A DNA stretch of 59,863 bases from Octopus bimaculoides (taxonomy: Eukaryota), in NCBI RefSeq assembly GCF_001194135.2, contig NC_068990.1:89711670-89771532 (forward strand), in the 5' to 3' direction. The translations under genes and the position numbers were made by a program. Below the pieces are notes generated by a model. That model was given only the letters and a program-made list of their open reading frames with translations, was not told where the DNA came from and did no database searches. Of this stretch, positions 1-12,033 are shown in pieces (position 1 is the stretch's first letter; every line of letters starts with the position of its first letter).

Positions 1-421
1 ATATGAGCAATAGATGGATTGTAATTCACTACAGCTGTTTCAGACGTGTCTTTTTTGCTGATGAACACAAGTGTTATATCATGCAAAAAAGAAAAGGAAA
101 ATGTTTTCACCAGGTGAATACAAGTTAGAATTAAATATTTAGAACTTCTCAAGAACAGTTACATAGTGCCATATGAATCAAGCGACACAAGTTGTGTTTA
201 CCCATCTGCGAATTTGGTCACTCGTTGTATATTCAGTCAAAGTTTTCTCTATGTGTGCTTAACCCGAGTACAAATCTGTGTTTACTTTAGTAAGTACGTA
301 GTTGTCCTTAAATATAATTTGTACACAATAGCCCTATCACCGACCTGGCATTGGTGGTTTCACTATTCAAGTATCCGATTCTCATGAATCCTGGAAATTA
401 TATATATATATATATATACAG

Positions 422-453
<32 letters not shown>

Positions 454-653
454 AAAGAGAGTGAGAGGAGACAGTCAGAATTTTCGATAATTCTTTATTA
501 GCGCTTTTGTTAACCGAACTCTTCAAAACAAAAGTTAAAACCATAAGGTATCTGTGCACCACTTCAAACAATCTATACTTACATACATACACATTCAAAC
601 ACATATACATGTATACATACATGCATGTATGCACATATACGTAATATATATAT

Positions 654-715
654 AATTGAAATTTCATAAAAAAGCAAAAGACGAAGACGAGTGTATGAGC
701 AACAAGCAAGTGTAT
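654..715 (-). mobile_element. Terminal fragment of a Penelope-like repeat family abutting (TA)n
   Basis: aaaagcaaaagacgaagacgagtgtatgagcaacaagcaagtgtat is the reverse complement of the distal part of the longer copies at 13354-13510 and 53972-54125. Confidence 0.5.
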
Positions 716-761
716 ATAAATAAATAAATAAATATATATTAATATATATGGTTTTATGGTT

Positions 762-1111
762 GACACTCCGTCAGTTGCGACGACGAGTGTTCTAGTTGAT
801 CCGATCAACGGAACAGCCTGCTCGTGAAATTAACGTGTAAGTGGCTGAGCACTCGACAGACACGTGTACCCTTAACGTAGTCCTCGGGGAGATTCAGCGT
901 GACACAGAGTATTACAAGGCTGGCCCTTTGAAATACAGGTACTCTAGATAAAAGAAGAAAGAAAGTTGTGGTGAAAGAGTACAGCAGGGTTCACTACCAC
1001 TCTCTGCCGGAGCCTCGTCGAGATTTAGTTGTTTTCGCTCAATAAACACTCACAACGCCCGGTCTGGGAATCGAAACCGCGATCCTAAGACCACGAGTCC
1101 GCTTCCCTAAC
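762..1111 (-). mobile_element. tRNA-derived SINE, family A (5' head cut by the N gap)
   Basis: Colinear with the full copy at 21926-22317 (gttgatccgatcaacggaacagcctg...gtgaaattaacgtg...caataaacactcacaacgcccggtctgggaatcgaaac). The minus strand carries a B-box-like GGTTTCGATTCCC. Confidence 0.85.
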
Positions 1112-2180
1112 NNNNNNNNNNNNNNNNNNNNNNNNNNNNNNNNNNNNNNNNNNNNNNNNNNNNNNNNNNNNNNNNNNNNNNNNNNNNNNNNNNNNNNNNN
1201 NNNNNNNNNNNNNNNNNNNNNNNNNNNNNNNNNNNNNNNNNNNNNNNNNNNNNNNNNNNNNNNNNNNNNNNNNNNNNNNNNNNNNNNNNNNNNNNNNNNN
1301 NNNNNNNNNNNNNNNNNNNNNNNNNNNNNNNNNNNNNNNNNNNNNNNNNNNNNNNNNNNNNNNNNNNNNNNNNNNNNNNNNNNNNNNNNNNNNNNNNNNN
1401 NNNNNNNNNNNNNNNNNNNNNNNNNNNNNNNNNNNNNNNNNNNNNNNNNNNNNNNNNNNNNNNNNNNNNNNNNNNNNNNNNNNNNNNNNNNNNNNNNNNN
1501 NNNNNNNNNNNNNNNNNNNNNNNNNNNNNNNNNNNNNNNNNNNNNNNNNNNNNNNNNNNNNNNNNNNNNNNNNNNNNNNNNNNNNNNNNNNNNNNNNNNN
1601 NNNNNNNNNNNNNNNNNNNNNNNNNNNNNNNNNNNNNNNNNNNNNNNNNNNNNNNNNNNNNNNNNNNNNNNNNNNNNNNNNNNNNNNNNNNNNNNNNNNN
1701 NNNNNNNNNNNNNNNNNNNNNNNNNNNNNNNNNNNNNNNNNNNNNNNNNNNNNNNNNNNNNNNNNNNNNNNNNNNNNNNNNNNNNNNNNNNNNNNNNNNN
1801 NNNNNNNNNNNNNNNNNNNNNNNNNNNNNNNNNNNNNNNNNNNNNNNNNNNNNNNNNNNNNNNNNNNNNNNNNNNNNNNNNNNNNNNNNNNNNNNNNNNN
1901 NNNNNNNNNNNNNNNNNNNNNNNNNNNNNNNNNNNNNNNNNNNNNNNNNNNNNNNNNNNATATATATATATATATACATAGATATACACAGGCCCACAAC
2001 ATACACATGCACTCATACATATAGTGCTAAAGCACGGTAATATCGGCTCTTGATACACTCTTTTGTTTTTGCTAAATGTTAATTAAAAGCAATTTATATA
2101 AACATATATAGATACACGCACATATACATGTGTGTGCGCGTGTGTGTGTGTATGTGTGTGCGTGTGTATATATATATATA

Positions 2181-2254
2181 GTGAGAATTTACAAAATATC
2201 AAAAGACGAAGACGAGTGTGTAAACAACAAACAGATGTATTAGTTTAACGCTCG
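2181..2254 (-). mobile_element. Terminal fragment of the Penelope-like repeat family between (TA)n tracts
   Basis: gagaatttacaaaatatcaaaagacgaagacgagtgtgtaaacaacaaacagatgtattagtttaacgctcg matches the reverse complement of the 13.4 kb and 54.0 kb copies. Confidence 0.6.
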
Positions 2255-2319
<65 letters not shown>

Positions 2320-2367
2320 TATATATATATTCATATATATATATATATGTATATATATGTATGTATG

Positions 2368-2402
<35 letters not shown>

Positions 2403-3229
2403 TTAGAAAAATAAGATAGTATGTTGGATGGTTACATATATTTTTATTTACATTTTATTTGTCATTTAGCGCATTCTTCTGTTATCGAATTTATCAAAAA
2501 GTGGTTTAAAGTTAGATTTCTTGGCCTTTTTATATATGAAAAATTGTGGGATTTGCTAAGCAAGGGAGAAGAAAGAAGAAAAATCTTTGGGAACGAGTGG
2601 AAGGTACAGAGGCGTGGCTTTTGTATGGTCAGACTTGTTTGTTTAGAATTCAATACTTATTGACATTGAGTGGGGAAAGAAAATTCCACTGAGCAATAAT
2701 TTGGAAATATGTGGAGAAGTAAAACTTAAGATCTTCTCCTGCTATAAATGTTCAAGGAACGACCCAAACTTTTGAAAAAGCAGTGGAGCTACACTTCATA
2801 AAGAAGTTCTCACCAAAATTAAACGCTCTTTCTGAAGCTTTACTTAATTTACGTTAAAATCCTTCTTTCTTTTGTTTGATACGACTGTAAAGAAAATGTT
2901 ATACAATGGAAATAATAATATTTTAAATGTCTTTACTATTTCCTTTTATGCTTGTGTCATTTCATAAATCAGAGATTTTTCTCGCTGTTGCTATTTATGT
3001 TAATCTACTTTCAATAGGTAAGCTACATTCTCGATGTTTTCTGGAGTGTGGGACTGGGAAAATTCTTGGGACTTCGTTAGTCTCATCTGACTGGGAAAGT
3101 GTTTTTAAAAGACGTTGATAAAAATATGAGACTGGCAATATGCCCGGTCAGCATCATGTATGACCATAAAACTTTCAGTGATCTTTTAATATTTTTAATC
3201 TTTTCACCAGTTAACAATATTGGAGAAAA

Positions 3230-4540
3230 GAAAAAGAAACTACAGTAAAGGCACAACGAGCGATGCCAAGTAAGCACAGATACGACTGGAATACGTAGAG
3301 ATGAAAACGTACCACTGAATCCGTAAGGAAACTGATTGAGTTAAGTTTGAGAGGAAGTCTGGAAGTGCCATTAAATGTGTACTTATTACACAAGGGAAAA
3401 CTAATAGAACATGTGAAGATATAACAAAACTAAATGGAGGATCCATGCCATAAAATATCGGGGGGAAAATACAAAGACGCAAGCGAGCTATGAGTGTAGG
3501 ATTCTTAATTGGGAGAAAAATGAAAAAAATTATCATTTTCGAATTATATTCAGAGATTTGTAAGCAACTGCGATTTCAGGAAGGAGAAATTATGGCAGAC
3601 ATACAGTTTTATGAGTCAAGAATGGAATAGCGAAGATGAAGACATAGATGAAGTGACGAATGTAGAAAAGCATAATTAAACATATTCATGTATTATGGGA
3701 GATTTTAATGCCAAAGTGGGAAACAAGCACAATGGAATGAAAATATCATTGAAAAATTAAAGTTCAGACGGAGAGATGATAATGGAAAATTGTTGATATA
3801 TTTTGCTGTTAAACAAAACCTAATGAGTTTCCGAAAGAGAAGAATGGTTACTAGACAGGGGAAATGTCCAAACAGTTCAACTAGAAATCAAATAGGAGGC
3901 AAAATTTAGGACTGTGAAATTATCAAAAGTGTAGATAAAGGAAGCCGTTATAGAATTGTTGAGAAAAAGTTAAAATATACAGAAAATAAGGAAGATATAT
4001 GATTATAAATGTGAAGTAAATAAAACAATATACGTAGAAAAATTTCAGAGGAGACAAGAAGATTCACAAATCGAAATACCTATTGAACATGAAAGGTTGA
4101 AAAACAAAGAAAATGAGATGAATTTAGAAAGGTTATGCCAAGAAGAGAACAAACACGGCAATGACAGCAGAAGAGAAGTTGGCACTGGTTCCACGTAAAA
4201 GAAAATTAGATAATACAGAGCTAGATGGAGAACAAAAACTTTCTCAGTAAAAAGATAAAGAATAAAAAACAGGGGTCCTTTCAGGAAAAAAAATGTAGAA
4301 TAATCGGAAATCATAAAGACAAATAGGAAACCAAGGAGATGGAGATGGAGATAAAAAAAAAAAAAAAATGGTAGTAAAGATTCTGATGAACGGAAAAGGC
4401 CTAAAAATAATGGAAAAGGGGAAAGAATAAAAAGAGAATATCTAAGACAAGAAAAAAAAATGCAAATGAAAATTTAAAGCAGATCGGAACCGAGATATTA
4501 ACGATATGTTCAGACTTTTACAGTTCGATATAGTTTATTG
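3230..4540 (+). mobile_element. Decayed RTE-clade LINE, apurinic endonuclease region and linker
   Basis: Manual translation gives IMGDFNAKVG (about 3692-3721), an NSSTRNQI-like segment, DCEIIKSVDKGSRYRIV (cf. SDHR motif) and ILTICSDFYS, with many stops and frameshifts. Confidence 0.7.
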
Positions 4541-4635
4541 TTCTCTATGGTTTATGGAATATCGATCTACTAAGAGGAATTAGCACCAAAACTGGAAGAG
4601 GAACTATATATATATGTATACACACATACCATTAT

Positions 4636-4675
<40 letters not shown>

Positions 4676-5029
4676 GTATGTATATATTTTTATCTATGCG
4701 TGTGGATAGATAATGTGTACACATATTTATATAGACATTCATAGATATGTCTCCCTATCACTCTTTCGACCACCCTATCAGTTGTCGTTATGCATCGCTG
4801 AATGACAACGCGCTTCCATCCTTCCCTTGTATCCTTCTCATATACATAACCCCCCCCCCACACACACACATGTCACTTGGTGCCGCCTGTTCCACTATAC
4901 ACATTTAGGCCACATAAAGAGAAGAACTAAAAGTGTTAATCTTATCTCAATCCTGTGCAACAGGATGCGTGTTGTTTCGTCTGAAGGCACTTCAGGAACT
5001 GGTTAGCAAGAAAGATTGATAGGCGACGG

Positions 5030-5345
5030 GGACTATCATGCAGGTGGTGGTGGTAGTGGCGGTGATGGTGGTGTGGTAGGGATTCCACAAGAGGAAGATG
5101 TCTGATGAAGTCGTGAACTACAATAGTGGGGGTGATAATACCGGTGTTGGTGATGATGGTTGTAGTGATTACGATAATGGTCTGGCGGCGGTAGTGTTAA
5201 TGATGTTAGCGGTGGCATTGTGGATGAGGATAACGATGATGATGATTATGATGATGGTGATGGGAGTGATGGTGGTGGTAGTGATGATTATGACGATGAT
5301 GATGGTGGTGGTGGTAATGGTGTTGGTGATAGTGGTGGTGATGAT
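5030..5345. repeat. Degenerate (GGT/GAT)n trinucleotide low-complexity tract
   Basis: Imperfect ggt/gat/gtg repeats that produce the poly-M/V and poly-T/I pseudo-ORFs. Confidence 0.8.
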
Positions 5346-6074
5346 ATCAAACCATGAAGCCTTCCCGACGCATAACAGCATACCGACTCCTCCGAGTATA
5401 AGTACCTATAAATATAATTGTAGGATGTCGAGGCTCTGTCCTTCAGATAGGGATTGCATGAGGACTATTGTGACTTTAAAATGTGCTTTAATAACGCACA
5501 GCACTACGAAATATTACACAGTTATACAACCGACTTCGTTAAGAGGTATATCTCTGTACGTCTTTTAAACGTGAGTACATCTTTGACATCAGGTCGAAGA
5601 GGGTCAAATCCGAGTTCCTTTCATCCATTATAGATTTTGCCGCTCCTTATCGAGGTCGCGGGTGAGGCTGTGGATTGCATAAACGCAAGCTCATAACCCT
5701 TATTATAACTAATAGGCGGAAACTGATTAATAGGAGTAATGAATCGATTGTCAGTTATAGGCATCGATTAAGACACATTTTCAGTAAGCAATCCTTTTGT
5801 GTAGGTCTTTTGCCCAAGTGCACTTAAGATTATCCTGCACATATTTTATGATACTGTCCATTATTCTACACCCCGCCCACACACACTCACAGTTCTTACA
5901 TATCATCTGTTACCTGAATCTGGTTCATTAACCAGATTATATACATCACCACTTAACCTGTTTGTCCCTCTTTATTTGCATATCTCCGCCTTCTTTCAAC
6001 TGTCCTTTCTTTTGTTTCTTTTTGTATTATCATTACTTTCATAACTATTATTGTCATTATTATTATCGTTTTTA

Positions 6075-7304
6075 CTACTATCATTAACAACATCATTGTA
6101 GTTCTTGATATTTCACAATTTTTTTCAATTTCTTTAGTACGTACCCTATTATCATATTGTATTGTAAAGTATATGTTTTTGTTTTACAATCTTTGTCCTC
6201 TATAATCACATCTGGCATAGTTACATCAATAGCATGGTCAGATTTTATAAGGAAATCCCATATAATCCTATAATTCTCATTCTGTATTACAGAACAAAAA
6301 TTATTGCTCGTGTTCATACTACTATCTGTAGCTTTCAATACACACACTCGGTTAACATCCCAATACATTATTTTACTTACACAGTTATAGCTGCGCTTAT
6401 ACTCTTTTCGTGCTAGCTTAATGCATTCACTGAAGGGATGGTTAGTACTTTTGTATGTTTTTGCACAGGTTCTGCGTTTGCTCTCTGACTTTGTTTTTTT
6501 CAGATTAATCCTAATGGTTTGTTTCTGAGCAGTTATAATTAGCGTTTCGGTAAATCGTTTCTGGTTTTAGTCTGTCAGCCAAAACCCGCCTTCTTTATTC
6601 CAACATCCCTGGTTTTTGCATGAAATAGTCACGCCAGCTATTTGATTTTTTATTCTTCCTTCCAGCTATTTGCTTTTATATTCGTCCTTCTGTACTCGAA
6701 TTCTCCTACTGTTTCAATAATATTTTGGATATCTCTGACTGCCAAAATTCTTTTTTTTTTCTCATTCCGCACCGCATAATTTTCCAAATCCCCATTTCGC
6801 TTGCTAACGGTGTCTTCGGCGTTTAGCAATCCTTTATCTCCCCCCTGTATTACTAGTAAAGACTGTCGATATTCCTTTTTTGGGGGTAGTGTGCGTTGTA
6901 CACTGCGAGAATCTTTCTAATTCTATCTAAGTTCTTCAGCTCTGTTTATGTCCATTTTAGAAAAAGAGCAGTGTATCTTAATACTTGCAGAGCCAATGTA
7001 ATTATTGCTTTCATGATATTCTCTCCATTTCATTTTTTTTTTCGAGTATTTCATTCTTTTCTTGTGCGTTTTGGACATTTTTCTCTGTCATTTATCCTTC
7101 CATTATCCTATCACCTTGGAGTTCTTATGTACCTCATTATTTCTTAGCGAACGAATATCATCTTGTGGTAATTTTATACCTTCGGCATTTATCTTCCGGC
7201 TTCTCTTTGTAATTAACATAACACACTTCTTCACCTAAAGCCGCTTTCCAGTGTCCTTGCTCTCACTTTTCGGATTAGAGAATTGACGTCTTTCCCTCCA
7301 ACGG
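6075..7304 (-). mobile_element. Decayed R4/Dong-type (RLE) non-LTR retrotransposon, RT C-terminus to restriction-like endonuclease
   Basis: Minus-strand translation with frameshifts: SKDTG..VKKCVMLITKR, GGDKGLLNAEDTV, TLIITAQKQTIR, a zinc-knuckle remnant HPFSECIKLARKEYKR, and VIQNENYRIIWDFLIKSDHAIDVTMPDVIIEDK ...KIVKYQEL. Confidence 0.75.

Positions 7305-7364
<60 letters not shown>
7305..7364. repeat. (ATT)n microsatellite at the 5' junction of the R4/Dong relic
   Basis: Perfect att repeats. Confidence 0.95.
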
Positions 7365-7492
7365 GTTGTTGTTATTTGTATATTATTTTCGTCATCATTG
7401 TTATTATTACAATTTTTATCCTTTTAACGTGTTCGTATCTAAGGATGTGTGAGTGTATGTGTGTATATGTATGAGAATAAGTTATACATGTA

Positions 7493-7677
7493 AGCCAGCG
7501 AACCGGCAGAAACGTTAGTACGCCGGGCGAAATGCTTAGAGGTATTTCCGCCGAGGTCGACTTTGCCTTTTATCCTTTCGCGGTCGATAAATCAAGTACC
7601 AGTTGCGTACTGGGGTCAATCTAATCGACTGGCCCCCCCCCAAATTTCGGGCCTTGTGCCTAGAGTAGAAAAGAATA
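7493..7677 (+). mobile_element. tRNA-derived SINE, family C (internal deletion removes the B box)
   Basis: ggcagaaacgttagtacgccgggcgaaatgcttag...gaggtcgactttgccttttatcctttcgcggtcgataaatcaagtaccag...ggggtcaatctaatcgact, shared with five other copies in the window. Confidence 0.8.
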
Positions 7678-7681
7678 AATA

Positions 7682-7939
7682 GGTGCAGGAGTAGATGTGT
7701 GGTAAGTGGCTTGCTTACCAACCACATGGTTCCGAGTTCATTCCCGCTGCGTGACACCTTCGGCAAGTGTCTGCTACTATTGCCTGGAGCTGACCAAAGC
7801 CTTGTGAGTGGATTTGGTAGACGGAAACTGAAAGAAGCTCGTCGTATATATGTATATATATATATCTATGTATGTGTGTATATATATGTTTGTGTTTGTC
7901 TCCCCAACATCGCTTGACAACCGATGCTGGTGTGTTTAC
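7682..7939 (+). mobile_element. tRNA-derived SINE, family B (5' two-thirds)
   Basis: A-box-like tgtgtggtaag, B-box-like gagttcattccc, then ggcaagtgtc...ccaaagccttgtgagtggatttggtagacggaaactgaaagaagc. Matches the 53.1 kb copy. Confidence 0.85.
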
Positions 7940-8003
7940 CCTAATTCAACAGCATATTAAAAATAACTTCATTAAATACTTCATAAAAAGAATAATATAT
8001 ACA

Positions 8004-8108
8004 GAAGGTAAAGTCGACTTCAGTGGAATTTGAACTCAGAACAAAAAGACAGACGAAATGCATTTAAGCATTTCGCCCGGCGCACTAACGTTTCTGTCAA
8101 CTCGCCGC
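8004..8108 (-). mobile_element. tRNA-derived SINE, family C, 5' part
   Basis: The reverse complement reads gcggcgagttgacagaaacgttagtgcgccgggcgaaatgcttaaatg...gttctgagttcaaattccactgaagtcgacttt, with B box GAGTTCAAATTCC. Confidence 0.85.
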
Positions 8109-9896
8109 GTTCGAACGCAAGCATTCATTTTAGAAACATATTCCTTTCTTAATATTGTTGCTTGGGGCGTCACTTCTTACTTCCTCATTTACTGACAATA
8201 AATTTGCTAAGAATTATCGATTAGAATCACACATGTTCCCCAGTCAGATGATATATGGATCCATATTGATTTATTATCAATACACAAAATAAATCAGCTG
8301 ATGGTGTCACTTTGTGAGGTGAATGCAGCCAAAATGGTTCCTGTCTTCTTAGTTAACTTATTAATACGTGGAGTCATAGGGTCCCCCTCTTGTTTATAAA
8401 CCACAAATTTTATCCTAGACTAGAGACACATTGGTTAATTAAGACGTTGTGTTAAGTATGTTTCAATGAATTATGATTGTCATCCGTGAAGTTAAAGATG
8501 TATTTATGCATCGCAAAGTATTGCAAGCTATCCCGCCTTCCAATATTTAAAACCGAACATAGAATCAATGAAATAGACTTTATTTAGTCCACTCGACCTG
8601 TTAAAAATATCAACCAGATCTCTTTCCAATCCCAGCATATCTTAGAGAAGGACACATTCGAGAATGTAGTCTTGGATTACTTGAGCGTAGAAAAAACGAT
8701 AGGATGGTCATGGCTGGAAAACCTTTTATCAGGAGTGTGTTTAATCGTGGTTGGTCTAGAGTTGTTGCTGAATCAACAAAATGAACGAGAACAACAGAAT
8801 TTTCTTCCCATGAAATTTATACAATCGTTGTCCTTCACTCTTCAACCGGAAAATAATTTACTATTTAGAGACGTTATGTGTATCGTTGCTGCTTAGTCTC
8901 TCGCTATCCCTGATCAACCAGACTATGGCGAAAGACATCCAAGCCATAAACATCTTTTCTAGAACTACATTTTCATACGTGCTATTTCATTTAAAATGTT
9001 AAGGTTTGATTTAACGGAGATTTACTTTTTATTTCTAATTAGTCGAACGATCCTATCAGAGATATGTAGATAACGTTTACCTTATGAGTAGAAACCGGTA
9101 GACTTCATTAAAATCTTTCACAATTTCTAACATGACAACGTCTTAAATAAGTTATCTCCTTATGATCTGCACCAATCTCTCATCTCCTTAACCATTTTAG
9201 GGTGTGATGATGGAACTTCATCCGCTTTCTCGAAAATTTAGTGTAAAAATAAATCGTTAACGTTTCCCACACTCGTGCTAATGCATGTCAAAACCTGGTT
9301 GCAGTCATTTTGAGGAACAGATTTTTCCTTTCACATAGAAATATCTTTGCAAATAACACCATTCTCCATCTTAACCATGCGCTGACAAGCGTCATTTAAA
9401 CCAAACCACCCACGCCATACAAACGTTGCCTCAGACCCCGCCACCTCAAACTATGTAAATGACACGATGTGCCACATTCAAAATCGAAGGTCACCCCACC
9501 AAATAGAAAAGTCTAACCAACATGCACGAAATTTCACAACAGAGATGAATTCTTTGTAATTTCACATGCCACTACATTGACAATCTCTTCCACCCGCTGC
9601 TTCAATTTTTCACTTAATAAAAGCAGAATTGCCAGTTTCTTGGTATGTTCTTGGTATTGGTCGATAAATAAATAGACTAAATGCGAAAACATGGTTGGTT
9701 CTAAATAATAAAACTGCAGCTGATGTGAGGCAGAAAGATTAAAATCGTGATCTTTCAATCGTCAGACATGTCATTGTAATCTTGAAGTATAATTCAAAAT
9801 TGTTTTAGAGCAATACCGGACATTGTTATAAAGGAGCAGTATATGTTTGTACGCATAACATAATGCGTTATAAAATAGTTTCGGCAAGAAATAAGT

Positions 9897-9946
<50 letters not shown>

Positions 9947-10466
9947 GCGCGCGCGCTCGTTTGTTTTACTGTCTTGTTCTCACTGTCCTGTTCTTGTTAA
10001 CACTTTCACCCTCCGCAAAAGATTCCAATTTTTTAAAAAATTTGCTTTGCGGGAAGGATTGTTCCAACGAAGTCGCGTATTGTCCTTGCCTTCGAAACGC
10101 GGTGTAGATGGAACAGGGACAACTGACGAAGGGTTATACTCTTTATGTTGCATGTCTCGTTTCTCTGTTTTTTTTTTTTTTCGTTGCTCGAAAAAAGTTC
10201 GTTTTCCGTTTTCGTTTCTCATTGTGTTTAACGTTTTTTGTGATGTCCTGTACCCATATATGCATGAATGTATACATATAGATGTAGGTATGTACATATA
10301 TGCATGGATATATATAAATATATATATGTTTATGTATGTATATATATATATACACACACACGACCATGATAAACATAGATCAACGGTGATTGTGGAAGCC
10401 ACAATCCCCACACATATATCGTTATCAAGAGGTGATTAGTTATATAGTTATGCAAGTATACACGCA

Positions 10467-10503
<37 letters not shown>

Positions 10504-10899
10504 TCACGGATCAATGGATAGTGACATGACGAATTGATACATCAATGACTAAATAAACCGCAAACACCTTACAAACACTCCTATAAAAAATTTGTACGCA
10601 TAGCCAAATGTATGTGGATGTGTGCGTGCGCACGGCCTCATACTACAACAGATACGGTGAGAAAGAAAAAAATGAAGAGTCATTGATCTATCGATTCTTT
10701 TATTGGTTGGCCGTTTGTCTTTTTACGTAACATATATCAATGTTTGTAACACTTAAGTGGTATTTGTATTAACTACCTTGTGGGAGTTAGGTTCAGCTTG
10801 GAGTTAGTATTCGTACAATCTAGTCCAGCCAATGTGCGCCTCTACCTTCAATCTCCTAATATAATAATGAGCGTAGTATTTTTATATATTTGGAAGTAC

Positions 10900-10900
<1 letters not shown>

Positions 10901-10968
<68 letters not shown>
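10901..10968. repeat. (TCTA)n microsatellite
   Basis: 17 perfect tcta units. Confidence 0.95.
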
Positions 10969-11813
10969 AAATTAGTGTACATTTAAACACAAAAGAGGCG
11001 ACTCTTACCAGGCAGCCTTACATGCTAGAAAGAGTCGTCAAAACGTCCAAAACCACATTAAAGAGCAATTTCGAAGGGAATGAAAAATAAAAACTTTTAC
11101 CCTTTTTATTTTAAAAGCCATACCTAGGTTTCGAACTTTATTAGCCAATTAAATAATTCGCTATGCGAAGTTCTCATCAGTGGCTAATTTCATATGGAAA
11201 AGTCTATTGACTTTAAATACATGCTAGGCTACTGGTAGTGAAACTTCTAAAATTTTGCTATCCCATATTATTTTAGCCATGTATGTATGTCTGTATGTAT
11301 GTATGTATGTATGTATCTCTCTCTCTCTCTCTCTCTCTCTCTCNNNNNNNNNNTATATATATATATATATATATGTCCAAAATCACAGAGTAGGAGTAGG
11401 ACGGAGTAGCAGTAAGAGTAGTATAAGCGAAGGGAGAGGAGACAAAATAATAATTCAGTGAAGGAGAAGTAGTGAGAGTAATAGCAATGTATATGCATAT
11501 TTGTGCGTGTGTGTGTGCATATGTGTGTGTGTCTGTATGCATGCGCGTATGTATGTATTTGAAGTGCTCTTAGCAACACTGGTTATACGATTGTAAAGAA
11601 AAGAAGAAAGAACTCAGAACACTAAAACTAAAGTTAATATTTATTTATCTGGTGAATACTTTCGTTAGAAACTGCTGTGTAGTTCGATGTGGTGATCGTG
11701 TAAGCGGAGCAGTAAAATACGTCAAAATGTCGATTAGGTATGTATCGTATGTATTTTTGGGGGGAGTGCCAGGAAAAGAACGACAGAATAAGGAAGCTTG
11801 AATAAACTGATGA

Positions 11814-12033
11814 AATATTGGTTTCAAATTTTGGCATAAGGCCAGCAATTTGGAAGGCGGGAGTGAGTCGATCACATCGACCCCAGTGCTCAACTGGTAC
11901 TTATTTTATCGACCTCCGAAAGGATGAAATGCGAAGTCGATCTTGGTGGAATTTGAACTCAGAACGTAAAAACGGACGAAATGCCACTTAAGCATTTTTA
12001 CCGGAATGGTAACAATCCTGCAAGATCACTGCT
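11814..12033 (-). mobile_element. tRNA-derived SINE, family C, near full length
   Basis: gtcgatcacatcgaccccagtg...ggtacttattttatcgacc...aaaggatgaaa...aagtcga...ggaatttgaactcagaacgtaaa is the reverse complement of the 22.9 kb copy. Confidence 0.85.

Noticed and set aside
1039-2058. Long ORFs spanning N runs (also near 17.7-18.4, 20.4-21.8, 36.7-38.1, 49.6-50.7, 52.6-53.1 and 56.3-56.8 kb)
   Set aside because: They are open only because N codons contain no stops; they are assembly gaps, not genes.
10081-10145. GAAAC and CTGACGA motifs close together
   Set aside because: The order and pairing do not give a valid hammerhead (G at the H17 position, no stem I, no GAAA after stem II). It is probably part of another repeat terminus.
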